This document shows, piece after piece, positions 1 to 13,534 of a stretch of DNA of 64,000 nt. Every line of letters starts with the position of its first letter. The first letter of the stretch is position 1. The notes under the pieces were generated by a model. The model made no database searches. It had not been told where the DNA came from and worked only from the letters and a program-made list of their open reading frames with translations. The DNA lies in assembly GCA_013265495.1 (NCBI GenBank), contig MU058065.1, positions 1,325,527-1,389,526 on the forward strand, written 5' to 3'. The position numbers and the translations under genes are program-made. The stretch comes from Vicugna vicugna. Lineage: Eukaryota.

Positions 1-429
1 AAGAGAATAAGAAGGGGGTCAAATGCGTTTATAATTACTCGAATAAAAAGAAGTGGAAGCTCTTGACAAAACAGAATCATCACTCTGGGCTCCAGAATAT
101 ATCAAATATGACAACAAAACCTCCATTGATGTACCGACCCAAAATTTGCAGAAGACTTTTGCAGGCCTAATGTCACTGAATTCACAATGGTGGACGAGTT
201 GCCCAGGAAAGTGGGGGGCACTCTGTTCTGGTAAAGGCAATAAGGGTCCCACCCACTTATTAGTGATTTTCATGATTTAGAATGAATTTCTACAGAAATG
301 TGAAGCATGTAACCAGTGTTTTGTTATTTTTTTATCTACTTCTTATATTGTGGAAAATATACACACAAAATCTTTTCAATTTATAGACTTCGGCCCGCAT
401 CCCACCCTAACATCATTAACAACATGAAC

Positions 430-790
430 TGTAAAATACTGAAATTGGTACATGATATTCAGACGTGGGACATGGTAGTACATTCTAGCAAATGAAGTGA
501 TAGTCTGAATGATAATGTCACAATATAGAAGGGGTTACCACTGAATTGTAAGAAGAGTGACATTGAAAACTGGGTGAGCTCCAAGTCAGACATTTGGGGA
601 ATGAAGAGGCCCGAAATGCAACATCATAGCTCAGGAAGAGTCAAGATCCAGAAACAGGCCAAGAGAAGGCAGTGCCAAGATTTAAGCGATGGTGAATGAG
701 CATCCGGGCCTTCAGGCCAGTGCGGCATCAGAGCCAAGAGGAATGAATGAAGGAGGAAAGGTAAGAGAAATGAGATTGAAGAGAAAAGAG
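430..790 (-). mobile_element. Degraded L2 LINE fragment
   Basis: Purine-rich stretch resembling antisense L2; highly diverged, boundaries approximate. Confidence 0.4.
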
Positions 791-1239
791 AAAGAGAATA
801 CAGAAGAAAGGTACCCTCCCAGAGCTGGAGTCTCAGGCTATGGGGATCAGAGCAGGACACGGTCACCCCCAGTGGCTAGTCAGGAAGTGCTGGGTCTGCC
901 CTGCATTCCAAGAGGTCCTTTTCACCGTGTGTTGTCCTCAGGGCACCAGCAGGGTGTCCTGCTGCTATCACACTGAGCCCAGGGCCACTGAGCCCGGTGG
1001 CTTCTTCTTACTTTGCACTCAGCTGCCCCTCCAAATTCCGGGCCACAGTGACCTCTGTGGCTGCTACTGTGTCTCCCAAGGCAACAAGAGCAAGTGGAGT
1101 GGGATCATATCCACACATCTCCAGACTCCGTGCCCCTTCACTCTTCCCCAGCACACACAAGGCGCCGTGATATGCAGATTTTACTAAAGGATGAGGACAA
1201 CTGAGAAGAGAATCCATCTCAGAGAAGTATTTTCAAGTG

Positions 1240-1423
1240 CAGGCCTGGACTAGGGTAAGACAAAGGAGGTACTAAAGGTGAAAAACAAGATTTTCACTCT
1301 CAGATCCACATCAGTACCGGCTCTGCGCTGTGTAAACCTGAGTGCTTTCCCCAGGGTTCCACCCTTGGCACCTCACCCTCAAGGAAACAGTCACCCTTTG
1401 GTTTACACAAGGGCAGGGCCCTG
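1240..1423. mobile_element. MER96-like hAT-Tip100 MITE
   Basis: Starts CAGGCCTGGACTAGGGTAAGACAAAGGAGGTAC, similar to the MER96 terminus, and ends CAGGGCCCTG. Confidence 0.5.
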
Positions 1424-1479
1424 GTCCCAGCACTTGTCACATCCACAAAATAAGATACATGCGATTACTACGGAAACTG

Positions 1480-1850
1480 AATATCCTGAAATATGAGTAT
1501 TTAAGTAATAAAATAATGTAAAAATACGTGCTATTCCAATACATGCGTTTCATGATGAATACAGTAAATAAAAGTATCTAATAGTGAGCCCAAAAGTTTA
1601 AAAATGCTGACGAACAGGAATATTTCAAAATATCTTCAAAAACTAAATATAATTTGAAAATATCCATGAATCCATTGTAGGAACACTGCAAGCTTTACTA
1701 TATTTGGTGGGGGGTGGAACTTATATTTACAATAGAAGGAAATGCTGACTTCTCTAATTAAAGATTAGTCATGAGAAAGATATAATGTTTTCCACCCAAA
1801 TGCACTGATCCCTTGAATTCTATCCCTTGACCCTGGCTCAGAACCCCAGT
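1480..1850. mobile_element. hAT-Charlie-type DNA transposon relic
   Basis: End GGAAATGCTGAC...GATCCCTTGAATTCTATCC...CAGAACCCCAG resembles Charlie-family termini. Confidence 0.45.
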
Positions 1851-3019
1851 GTAGAACTCTAACCCAACATTCTCAATATCTGGGGAAGCTGGAAGGGAAA
1901 AAAGGAAAAGGAAAATAGTCATTCTGCCTCCCCAAGGAAGAATAGATTTAAATGCAATTTGTAGATGTTTTCTGAGTACCTACTATGTGCAAGACACCGT
2001 TCCAGAAACATAGTCAAAGAAAAGAAAACACTTTACTCGGAGAAAAATTAGACTACAGAACAGTTTTCTACCCAGTCATACTGCCAGCTTCACATCAGCA
2101 TTTCCGCTGTTCCCAGAGGGAGTCCAGTTTCAATTATTTAGACTTACGTTTGATCTGGTTTGTCTAACCTACTTTCAGGGGGCCTGGGGTTGGAAGAAGG
2201 AGAGCTATGCAAAGGATAAGACTGTTCTATAGGGCACCTTTGCGATAATTCAAAACGCATAACTGATTTATCAAAGATTACCAAAATGCAAGTTTCCTAA
2301 GCGGCGGTAAATATTCAAAGCTCTGATGGCAACGGAATTAGAAGCAGGAATTAAGCCGTCTAATCCTTTCACCTGCCCTGATGCAACGGGAGGGCTTAAT
2401 GAGTGAACCCCTTGGATATTTGCTGATGGTGCACTTGTGTGCTTCCCTTCCATTACCGAACACATGGAGAGAGTAATTTTTCAAATTGACATTTACTTTT
2501 GAAAACGCTTTAATGTGTTAAAATAAATCCAACAAATGTAAGGAACCCATTATTTTAAAGGCGATGAGCAGCAGTAAGCTGATTCATGCCATAAGAATAA
2601 TTTTATCATAGCAAACGTCTTCTGCATATCATCTGCAAAGCTTTTACTAAAAATAAACCCTTGAGGAACTAACCTGAATAGCTTTTTTTTCCCCCTAACA
2701 TGCATAAATCCTCAAAATACTAAAACTAAGAAAAGAATTTGACCAGAGTCCTGGTCACCATGTTCTTTTGCAAGTTGAGTTGCCAGTCATTTGACAGATT
2801 GTTGCAAATTTCGCAAAATAAGCCTGGTATTCATAAAAATAGGACAATGGGTGGGTGCATTTAGCAGAGCCTGGCAACTCAGAAGTAATACCTCACTATT
2901 GGGGCTCATCTTGAGTGTCTCCATTGCCAGGAAGTTAGCAAGATGCTGAAACCCTAATTCCCACGCTGACCATCAGGGTGCATTTCAACTCTGGTGCAGG
3001 GCAGTGGTGAGGGGCGGGG

Positions 3020-3190
3020 TCAGAAGAATTAAATTCGACTCTTCCTTCTACCAGCTGGACGGTGTTGAGCAGGGGACTGATCCTCACTAAGGCTCAGTTT
3101 AGTGTCTGCAAATCCTTTCTTCAAGGGCTGTCAATAAATCACAACTGAAATAATATATTTGAAAGGACTTATAAGCTGTAAAATACAAGA
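3020..3190 (+). mobile_element. MIR SINE (degraded)
   Basis: Core-like CTAAGGCTCAGTTTAGTGTCTGCAAA followed by a MIR-like 3' part. Confidence 0.5.
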
Positions 3191-3489
3191 GGTTGGTTGG
3201 GAGAAGTTATATTAATTCTAGTTTCATTTTTTTTCCAATTTTTAAAATAAGTGGTTCAGGTAAAACAAAACCACACGGCTTAGAAAGGACAGACATCTCT
3301 CAAGTGTGTTTAAAGAGGAATCTGTAAAGCTTTATAGTTGCGTTTCTGAAGACCAAGGACTCATTTCCAAAAAGTGGGATAGTAGGTTAATGACAAGGGG
3401 TTTGCTCATCCTGGTAAGAGTTCACGAGTGCTTGGACTTAAACGGTACGATGCAGTGACCCTCTAAAACAATCCAACAGAAAACATATA

Positions 3490-4345
3490 TACCTGAAAAG
3501 GAACTGGTGTAAAGGATAAATTAAAAAAACTCCAGTAATGGATAATATGAAGACATACACCAAATTTAAATGGACAAGAGACTGAAAAAGCACATCACCA
3601 AAGAAGAAATACAAATCAAAGGAAAACACAAGAAAAAATATTCCATATCCTTCGTCATCAGGGACATGAAAATAAAACACACAAAATGGTACTATGAACT
3701 CATCTAAATGGCTGAAATTTTAGAATTACTTACAACAGCGATCTCTGTCAAGAATGGGAAGCAACTAGAACCCTCATACATCGTTGGAAGAGACAAAAAA
3801 TAATAGATTGTTACAAGCCAGTGTTTCTAAAATTGTAAACAGCCCAGGTGCCATCAACAGAAGATTGGGTAAAATGTGGGATAATCATGTGGTAACAAAA
3901 AAGAAACAAAATACTGACACAGGCAACAGTAGGGATGAATCTCAAAATCATCATGCTGAGTGAAAGGAGCCTTACGAAAAAGTACACACACAATATGACT
4001 GCATTCATGGGATGGCCTGAAACGAATCTATAGTCAAAAGGAATCAGAGCAGTAGCTTTGGGCAGACGTAGGGTAAAGATCGACAGGGAAGAGGCATGAG
4101 GGAACTTTCTGAGCTGATGAAGGACTGTGAGTTATACAGATGCATTTGTCAAAATTTAGCAAATATACCGAGATTTGTACATTTTATTGAATTTGAATTT
4201 CACATCAAAATGAAAAACTCTAAACATACATTGAACTGTCATTAACATATGCACACTGAAGTATTTAGGAAAAAGTATACAGTTATCTGCTAATCATGAA
4301 ACGCATCAAAATACAATAGACAAATGGATGGAGACATAACAAAAC
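3490..4345 (+). mobile_element. Old L1 (L1MC/MD/ME-type), end of ORF2 plus 3' UTR
   Basis: AAATGGACAAGAGACTGAAAAAGCACATCACCAAAGAAG, GGATGAATCTCAAAATCATCATGCTGAGTGAAAGG and GAGGGAACTTTCTG are typical L1M 3' motifs. Confidence 0.85.
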
Positions 4346-6130
4346 AAATAAGGGGGTCATTTTGACAAATGCATCTGGTTCAGAATGACACAGAGTGGAG
4401 CTGAATCCGGCAGCACATGGCTTACACAGTGTCTGGTTTCATTTAAAATTTTTAATTTAAAATGGCTTTCACTAAAACACCCACTCTCCTGTTCAAACAG
4501 GCTGTGTTTCTCACATCTGTCCTACACCTGTCCAGATTTACACATCTGTATTACCTCCGTAACCTCTATATGAAATTGAATTTACTGTCACTTCTTTGAG
4601 ATACCTCCTTGCCTTCTTTTCCTTATTTTTTTTCCACTACAGCAGTTGATCCCATTGTTGTCAGCTTAAAATGATCTTTTCTGTTGCTGCTCAGTTATTC
4701 GGCGGTGTAGGTGTACCGTTTATTTCAAACCCTACAGAGCCCACAGATTGTAGGCACTGAGACCAAATGAGGACGCTATGGCAATGTCTCCTCCAGCTGC
4801 AGCCAGGGGTGTGCCATGAGGGCACCGTCTTGTCAGAGCGGAATGAGTATGCTCGTGGTTGAATGTATAACTCTTGGAATATGTAGGGGTTGGGTGGGTA
4901 CTTCTCTGGCTTGATAAACAAGGTGACCCCCTAAAATCAGGACATGAAGTTCCCAAGTCTCTAGGAGATTTCTTAGCCCCAAAATATGCTCAATGCTTTG
5001 TGTTCTCCCTTGGATGGAGATAAACCAATCCAATAGAACCTCTCCCTTGGGAAATATAAGTAAGTGATCTAAGAAAAGGTAGCTCTCTAAAGCTTGGATT
5101 TTATCCTTGAAACTGCTGGGCTTTGCACTCCTCTAAGATGAACTGCATATCCCAGTCATAGAAAAACTGGGACAAAGAGGGACTCCTTGACTGCAGAGAC
5201 AAATGTCCCTGCTCTTTCATTTCCTAATACACCTGTGCACTAAAATGCCTCCCTCAAAGATGATCTCTTGCATATGCCTCTTCTTTGACATGTGTGACAA
5301 TCTAGTATTATGTCAAATGTGTGTCACTGTGTCTAGAGCCAGCCAAGTACTCTGCACATTACAGGTGCCCCTGAATTTAGCCAGTGTTTATGGAAAGTCT
5401 GCTCAGGCATGACCCTGTCCTAGGTGCTGGGGACACCCGTACTCCCAATAAATATTTAATAAATAAATGAATAGCTTTCCATAAGCACATCTAAGGCCAC
5501 ATTTAAATGTTACACTGAACTTTATTTTGTAGAACTCTCAAAAACTTGAGGGTAAATAATTAGAATTAAGGAGTCACTTTTATGGGAGAAGTAGTCGGGC
5601 ATATGGCAAGCATTCACTCCAACCCCCTGAGTTTACAGAAGACAATTACCCACTAAAGGCAAAATATCCCAGAATGGGTATTTGATAACTTTAAGAAAGT
5701 TCAGTCTCCAGTTCTATCAGAATGAAAACAGTGGTCAGAGGGACAGAATAATTCACGTTTCTTCAGTTTAGACAGCCAGGAATAAAAAAAATCTGTTACA
5801 CAAGAAATATCTTAATGAATGTTTTCTTAAAATCTAATGTCATATGAGCAGGGGTGTTAGAGTTCATATTACCCAAACAGAAAAAGGTTGCTGTTTAACA
5901 GTTCAGTTCAAAATAATTAGCCTCCAAGAGGCTGGGGTTTAGAAATGCTGCCCGTAACTCCTATTAACTTTAATTGAGTTTATTGTGCTTGTAAAAATAA
6001 AAGAGAGAGAGAGAAAGCGTAGCACTGCTTTTTAAAATTAAATTTAGTGTGAACTCAAGAATGATGGCCTTTTGTTGACCTGGTTCCTTCTGAAATCATT
6101 CCCATAATTTATGACCATTTCACATCATTA

Positions 6131-6196
6131 ACTTATTTATTTATTCACTCATTCATTCATTCATTCATTCATCATTTATTCATTTATTTATTTATT
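6131..6196. repeat. (ATTT)/(ATTC)n simple repeat
   Basis: Direct reading: TTATTTATTTATTCACTCATTCATTCATTCATTC... Confidence 0.8.
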
Positions 6197-6608
6197 GTCA
6201 TGGCATTTTTATCCTTTCAGGTCTCCTCAGTTGTAGATTTCCAAAATTATTTTTGAATGCCAATTATTTCCCAGTCGCCCTCTCTCTTCCTAAGTCAGTC
6301 TTTGTCATTATCATTATGTAGCTATTTCTCCCAGTCTGTTTGATTTCTCCTGGAGCTCCACTGTGGGTGCTCACGCTACCTGATTCTTTCCCAAATGAAA
6401 TCCTTGCCACATACTAATATCTGAGTCTAATTATCTATTGCTTCACTCCAGCTTTTCAAAAGAGAGACTTGCTTTTTTTTTCACATAGAGTATATGCTAT
6501 ATTAAGTACCACAGAAGAAATCTAAATTGAAATCCACACCTCAGCTTGGGAGAATTATCAAATAAAAAATCCTGGGAAGACAGGATGCTAATTAATATAG
6601 AGGCATGG

Positions 6609-6711
6609 TGGGTGGGGATAGCTTGGTGGTAGAGCTCATGCTTAGCACACATGAGGTCCTGGGTTCAATCCCCAGTACTTCCATGAAACAGAAAAACAAA
6701 CAAAAAAAAAA
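6609..6711 (+). mobile_element. tRNA-derived SINE, camelid Vic-1-like
   Basis: GGGGATAGCTTGGTGGTAGAGC (A box), GAGGTCCTGGGTTCAATCCCCAGTAC (B box) and an A-rich tail. Confidence 0.85.
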
Positions 6712-6965
6712 GACATGGGAAGAATGAGTGAGTGTGTGGGGGCGAAGAGAGTCCACTATCACTTTCCATAAAATACACACTCTTTTTCAAATCTTTTGGT
6801 CCTCTTGAGTTCTCTACTAATGTAGTTAATAGACATTTCACCTCAATGCTACAACTTCAACTTCTATAAAGTCATTTAAAAAATTCCAGCAGGTAGAAAA
6901 GTATAGAAAAAAAAATTAGTTCCACTTCCCAGATTATCAGATTTTAACAATATTCCATTAATGCT

Positions 6966-7568
6966 TGTATTCATTTTCTACTGCTGTGTAACAAATTACC
7001 ACAAGCCTGAGTCTTAAAATAACAGAAATGTATTATCTCACAATTTCTGTAGGTTAGAAGTCTGGTGCAGTGTGACTGCTCAGGTGTCTCAAGGCTGAAT
7101 CAAGGTGTAGACTGGACTGAGTCCTCATCTGGAGACTCTGGGTGAAATAAAAATCTGTTTCCAAACTCATTCTTGTAAGAAGATGTCAGTTCCTTGTGAT
7201 TACAGGACTGAGGTCCCCATTTACTTGCTGGCTGTCAGCCAGGGGCTGCTCTTGGCTCCTAGAGATGTCAACATCCCTTGTCATGTGGCTCCTTCCTTTT
7301 CAAGCCAGCAATGGCATAGGGCATCCTTGTGATTTTAATCTCTGACTTCCTGTATCTCTGACCTCTAGACCCAGATTTAAAGGACTCATGTGATTAAGTC
7401 AGGCCCACCCACCCAGATAATCTCTCTTTTATTTAAAAGTCCACCTGGGCCATTCAAGCTAATCTAATCATGGGCGTAAAATCCACCATATTCATAGTCC
7501 TGGGGATTGTACAGGACATGTATGGGGTCAGGGATCTTGGCATCCATCTTAGACTTCTATCTACCACA
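6966..7568 (-). mobile_element. MaLR solo LTR (MLT1E/F/G-like)
   Basis: TGTATTCATTTTCTACTGCTGTGTAACAAATTACCAC...CTACCACA, the typical antisense MLT1 termini. Confidence 0.85.
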
Positions 7569-7585
7569 CAACTTCAGCAATTTCT

Positions 7586-8003
7586 TATTGGGTCACAGTC
7601 TCAAGAGCTTCCCAGGTGAAATCCAAATTGGCCCTATTATGTGGAAGGCAAGGAGAGCCCAGAGAAAGAGGCAGACCACTCCAGGTTAATGGAGGGCAGG
7701 TTTAATAAGCAAGGAACTTGCACAGAGATTTGGGTGGCTACAAAATGAGTAGATCTCTGCACCTGCTACCAGGATTTTAAAAGTTTATATTTAGTCCTAA
7801 CCTGGGTCCAATCACACACACCATCCAGGTGTTCTCAACAACACATTGCTCTCTCAAGCCTTCATCTTTAAAAGAATGTGAGATTAATGGACAGAACATA
7901 TATTCCAAGGACAGAGAAGGGCCTGAGGAGCCTCTGATTGGGTGGGTCTAGCTTGTGGGTCAACCAGTGGTCGGTCATCTCCTCTGGATGGCCTTCTCCA
8001 ACA
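7586..8003 (-). mobile_element. ERV solo LTR, 418 bp, family not identified
   Basis: 5-bp TSD TTTCT (7581-7585, 8004-8008); termini TATTGG...CCAACA; minus-strand CCAAT (~7937), TATAAA (7784-7789) and ATTAAA (~7702) in LTR order. Confidence 0.7.
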
Positions 8004-8019
8004 TTTCTTAATTAGTATA

Positions 8020-8200
8020 ATAAAAAAAATGCAGTTACTGCATAGCAGTTGAAATAAACAGAGAAGTTCTATATGGATCAACATGGATAAATCATAGAGA
8101 AACTAATTTAAGTGGAAAAAGCAAGTTTAAGAGGATATGGATAGTGCAATACCACTCATGTAAATTTTATAAATGGATATATATATGCATACATACCACA
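8020..8200 (+). mobile_element. Old L1 (L1ME-like) 3' fragment
   Basis: CAACATGGATAAATCATAGAGAAACTAATTTAAGTGGAAAAAGCAAG motif. Confidence 0.6.
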
Positions 8201-10769
8201 TGTAATGCGTGAGAGAGAAGCAGACCAAGCTGAGGACTCTGGGGAGGAGAGACAGAGACAGCAGAGGCTGTATACTTGGTATTGAAGTGCTGCTGAACAT
8301 GCATCTTCTCTATCCTACCTTCCAGTACAGTTCCCAGGTCTCTCACTGGCTGCTGGGTCCAAGTGAACCCCTGCTCTCACACCATTCTTCTCTATGACCA
8401 CCACTTGTAGGAGGAGGCTGCCACACCAACTCCAGAGGGGCAAGACACAGCAGCCTGGTTATGTTGGGTCCTGACTATCCTCATCATCTTGCCCTCAGGG
8501 GGATGACTTTCCCACAAATCCTTCCACTGATACTCTTTTATTTCATTTCATTTCATTTTCATTTGCTGTACTGCTATTTTTTTCCAGTTGAATTAAAATA
8601 ATAACCGTCTCACTAACACTAGCATGCTTTTTCAATGCAAGGGGAACTGAACTTCAGCAGTGATCTTTAATGGTTGTTGATCACTGAAAAGCAGAGCAAT
8701 TCTGGGTACCAACCACTTAGCCAGAAAAAATTGGAATTATTTTTGTATTTCATTTGTCTCACCCAGATTGTTAATAAGACATAAAGCATCGCAAAAGTTT
8801 TGAATCATCGTTTTACGTCATTTTGAAATCTGGTACACAGCTGCACACTCATTTGTTATAACTAAATTACTCGCTACTTCTGACTGCCTACGTGGGCACC
8901 TGGCATAATGTAGGCACTTAATAAGTTGGTTGGATTAATGAATAAATAAAGTAACATTATGTTTTTAATGGTTCACTTAACTTCATAATTTGAAGATAAG
9001 ACCAGTGTTATTAAATATTCTTTTCATCAAATAAGTGGTAGAAAAAAATCTTGCCTTCTATATATAAGGTACTGTATGTGAATTCTATAAATGAGATATT
9101 ACATGCAAATATATAATAAAGTACTTGACTCTTAATAGGTTCTCAGTAAATATTAGTTCTCTTCCGTATTTTCTAATTGGAAATATTTAATACATCAAAA
9201 ATATAATTTCTCTCACTTTATAGTTTACTCCATTTTTCGTTAATTAAAATGATTTCTTTTCCTCCATGGGTTACAGTTTGCCTATTTTCTCTTATTTTTA
9301 AATCCCTTATATGCTTTCCAAAGCAAAGTCATCAAACTATAATAACCCATTTGCAAAACTGGGTAATTAACTTGGTTCATGATTTCAAACTGATTTCTGG
9401 TATTCATGTCAATTTGCTTGTCTTATTCAAACTGAATTCAACTTTTATTCACAAAATGGCTGTATAGAGGATTCGACTAAAGCTTCAGTTCCTAGTAGTA
9501 GTAGAGGTAGCCAAATCAGCTACAATGAAAGAGCACAGTAAAACTAAAAGTACATAATTTTGTGATTGAAGATTATTGTAGTTATTGGTTCCTTCCACTA
9601 CAATTGGGGAGCAGATCGTCTTACTCAAGTACACTCAGCCAGAATATCTGACCTAAAACTGAGAATTTTTACATATGCAGAACAGAAAATCGTGTTTTTC
9701 TACGCTCTTGTACAACTGATCAATCTAACAAGCGATGGGAATAACTACCAGGTTGGAAGAAACGTGTACTTCTTGATTACAACGTGGTTACTTCTGCTGT
9801 GTTTATGTCAAGGCAGCATCACCATCATTCATGTTCCTTTCTCCTGGCATTCAGCATTTCCATTTTAAGATCCTATTCAGCCACTAAGACTCCATTATGA
9901 AGAGTCCTATTGGCTAAAATTGGTATTTATACAGGCAATAAGCTTAGCAGCATATTTTCCAAATGATGATCAAATTTAGTGCCTCTGAATGATACCCTTT
10001 GATGGCTCCATTCTGCCTGCTTTTCTATGGATTCTTTCTATTATGCATGTTCACACCTGCAAGCAAATGCAAGCACATGTTCAAGCCTCTTAATAAATGC
10101 CCTTATTAATGACGATTGCTGCCATGTTTCTGCTCTCAAACACAGGCATTTGTAATGTCAGGTACCTTAGCTCACTATCTTATTCGTCACCTCTCAATCC
10201 AGCACAGCTTTTACTTGTAAATAAATCGTCTGCAGTCGTAAGAAACCATTATCTGATCTAAAAAGTAGTGATCTACTCTCAAAGTGTGGAGTTTCAATAA
10301 CAACAAATCGATTGCCTAAAATAAACTGCCTATTACTACAATGTGATTGGAGAGATGAAGACAAAACGAGAGAAAAGATAACAAAAGCACATGAGGTGTT
10401 CTTATCAGTGGTCTGTGGCTTAACTATCCCCCGTTATCAATCACAGCAGGAGGTAAGAGTGATTTGAGAAAAATTTATTTTCTACAAGGTTGGAGGTTGG
10501 TCAGAGGAAATCTGTGAAAAATGGGAAAAACCAGGAAAGATTTCACCTGAGAATAAAGTTGAAATGAAATTCAAGTGTACTGACTTAATAATCAACTACT
10601 AATCATCTCTTCATATTTTAGGAGGTTGAAACTAAAGCATTTTAGATCATTCATGTGAAAGATATTTTCTAGCAATTATAGTATCTAGGAATTGAATGAA
10701 ACACTAGAGATAACGTTATGAATAACGTTGTGGGTCAACCAGTGGTCGGTCACCAGCATAATTCTAACA

Positions 10770-11085
10770 ACAGCAAATAATGTCATGTATTGAATGCTTC
10801 ATGATTATCAAGTGCTTTGCTATATTCTTTCCTTGCCTCTCAAAACCTCTCAAGGATCTAAAAAAATAGATACTAGATTTAACTGCATTTTGTCAGAGAG
10901 AACTAAGTTCCAGCTGTGTAATCTTATCTGTCCCTCAGTTTGTTCATCTGTGAAATGGGAATAATTATGGCGTTAAATTCGTACAACTGTCACAAGGATT
11001 AAATAACTAAACAAGTAAATAAAAGAAGTGCTTAGAACAATGCCCATCATATAGCAGGCACAAAGTAAGAGCTTAAGCATTATGA
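10770..11085. mobile_element. Two MIR SINE pieces in opposite orientation
   Basis: Plus-strand core CCTCAGTTTGTTCATCTGTGAAATGGGAATAAT and GTGCTTAGAACAATGCC (10912-11085); antisense MIR-like piece before it. Confidence 0.7.
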
Positions 11086-13534
11086 CGACATTATAGGAAT
11101 GGAATAGGTTAAAAAAACTATGCTCAAAATTATGAATTTGTTTTACTTACATACACACTCATAGCAAAAAGCTTGTGCCCTAAAATGCTGGGGGATATGG
11201 GGACAGAAAACAAATTAAAGCCAGGTTCTTTCTAATGTTTTCAGCATTTTTGAAATTTTATAAAATTAACATGAACCCTTTTACTAATTAAAAATGCAAC
11301 ATTTTAACAAAATAAACTGAAATTAGCAGTAATTTGCTTTCTGCCTTGAATCTGGAAATCAAGTTACCTTAAAAAGATATTCCTAAACATGAAGCAGTTT
11401 TATAACATTTCTTCAAATGGCTTGCGCCCCCATTTGCCTGAGTTTACGTTTCTAGCATAATATGTGAAATGGCATTTTCCAAATTATCAAGTACATTGTG
11501 GAATAAAATAATATGCATTTCCAAGATAGAAGTTTTCCTTTTGGAATTAATTTTGAAAACAAATATACAATTTTTATTACAACTCATTTCCCTTCAGGTA
11601 ATGCAAAGATGAAGAAAGTTCTATTATTTCATGCCTGCAGGATTAATATCTTAGCAACTACGGATATTCCGAGAATAACTGTAATAAACCAAAATGAAAA
11701 CGTGGGGCTGATAGCATCTTTAGTTCACCTCAGTACATGCCAAGCCAAGATGAGTTCATAACAAAGGTATCTTCTCTACTGAACTCATTGGCGCGCCCAA
11801 GAGACAAAACAAACCTAAATTCAACAAACATATATTAACTGTTTAACCAAATGTAAGAATTGAATTTTCTCAGTCATACTTCACTGCAAGGCACTGTTTC
11901 AGCCTCTGTGGGAAATTCAAAGAGATAGACAGCCCAGATTTCACTTCCATGAAACTTGCAATCAACTTGGGAAATTAAGATGCATGTATTTAACAACAGA
12001 CCTAGCAATGAGATGCAGGAAGTACCTGGTCCCTTGCCATGGGAAGGAAATGGCTTTGAGAATTTACACAAACTAGCCTTGCAATCTATCCAGTACTACA
12101 TCAGTTAATTCCATGACACCAGATGAAACTTCTTGTCAATACGTTATTCTCTTGTGTGTTGCATTTATATGGCTCTTATACTGTCCCACCCTTCTTCAAG
12201 AATTACAACACTATTTTTCTATAAAATACATGATCTAAGTAATTGTGTTGACAGCCAGTGAATGACAGCTTACTTAGACAATTTCTCTTTCATGACACTA
12301 TTTCAACACACACTTTAGTAGATTAATTTTTGGGTACACAGGTTCAATTCTCTCAACCCAAAAAGATGGGACAGAATAAATTTTTCACATGAAACCTTTT
12401 ATTGGAGTTGGCAGTACATAAACTGGGCAGGCAGTTTAGAGCATTTTCATTTGGCAATGCTCTCCAAACTTGTAATAAAATAGCGTGCTTTGGTTAGGAA
12501 CTTAGAATGCAGGATGCACTTCTATCCACATTAACTCATTTGATCCATACACTGGCTGTGTGGATGAGCATTATTCTGTTACTCCCCAGTTTACAGGATG
12601 TGGCTCTAGGACATTACCAGCCCTGCTCATGTTCGCGGATTTAGACACAAAGCCAATTGTTAGGAATCCTGTCATGATCACTGGGCAAAAACTAAAGGGT
12701 TCCATTTATTGACATAAGATTATATTTTTAACTTTTTAAATAAAAAAATTCCCCAATTACCCCAAGTATGTTTTGGAGTACAGATTATAATGGTACAGCC
12801 ATTCAATGTTAAGACACTATTATTTACAACTCCCCCAATTTTTTCTCAAGCTAATCTTGGTTTACTCCTAACCAAGAAATCCTTTACATATAATTTCAGA
12901 CCTTGAATTCTTCAAATTATTATAATTCTGGATTATGATTTTTTAATTTTGATTATTCAGAAACCACTGGAAAACTCCAGGAGTTAAAAATATCTCTCAC
13001 TCAAGATGTTTCAGTTTATATACTTCTTAATGAGAGAAAATTGTTACTTAACATTGCTACAACATGAAGGCTCAGCTATTGATAATTTTAAAATAAGTCA
13101 CATATTGCCGAGATAATGCCCTCATTCTAAAGAGTAAGCATGTAAGTACTGACCCTGATTATGGCCAACACGTCAGTGCCTCATTCACAGCGCTCTTGGG
13201 GTCTCTCTGATGTCTTAACATGCCCTCAGATGTTTCATCATGAGCAGAATTGGCACCATTACTTTAGGGTCCATTCAATAGGCCACGGTATCTCAAGACT
13301 TCTGATTTGTGTACAAGCTACTCCACCTGCCAGCATATTCTTGCCCCTATGGTGATTGATAACTCTGCATCCTTTATAACTTCAGTTCAGACATTATCTT
13401 CCTCAAAACAAATCCTCACCTTCGGAGCCTGGAGCAAAAGACAACTCCTTAGACAAAGATTTGTGAAGGACAATAAACAACCAGCACGCGTCTCCCAAAG
13501 ACTTTGTTTCCAGTGGAAGTTTTTGGCCTTAAAC

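Noticed and set aside
6609..6685. Possible tRNA gene
   Set aside because: It has A/B boxes but an A-rich tail, no proper acceptor stem and a second diverged copy at 23.6 kb, so it is a SINE
11786..11800. TTGGCGCGCCCAA, an E2F-like site overlapping a reverse CCAAT
   Set aside because: Isolated motif with no CpG island or promoter context
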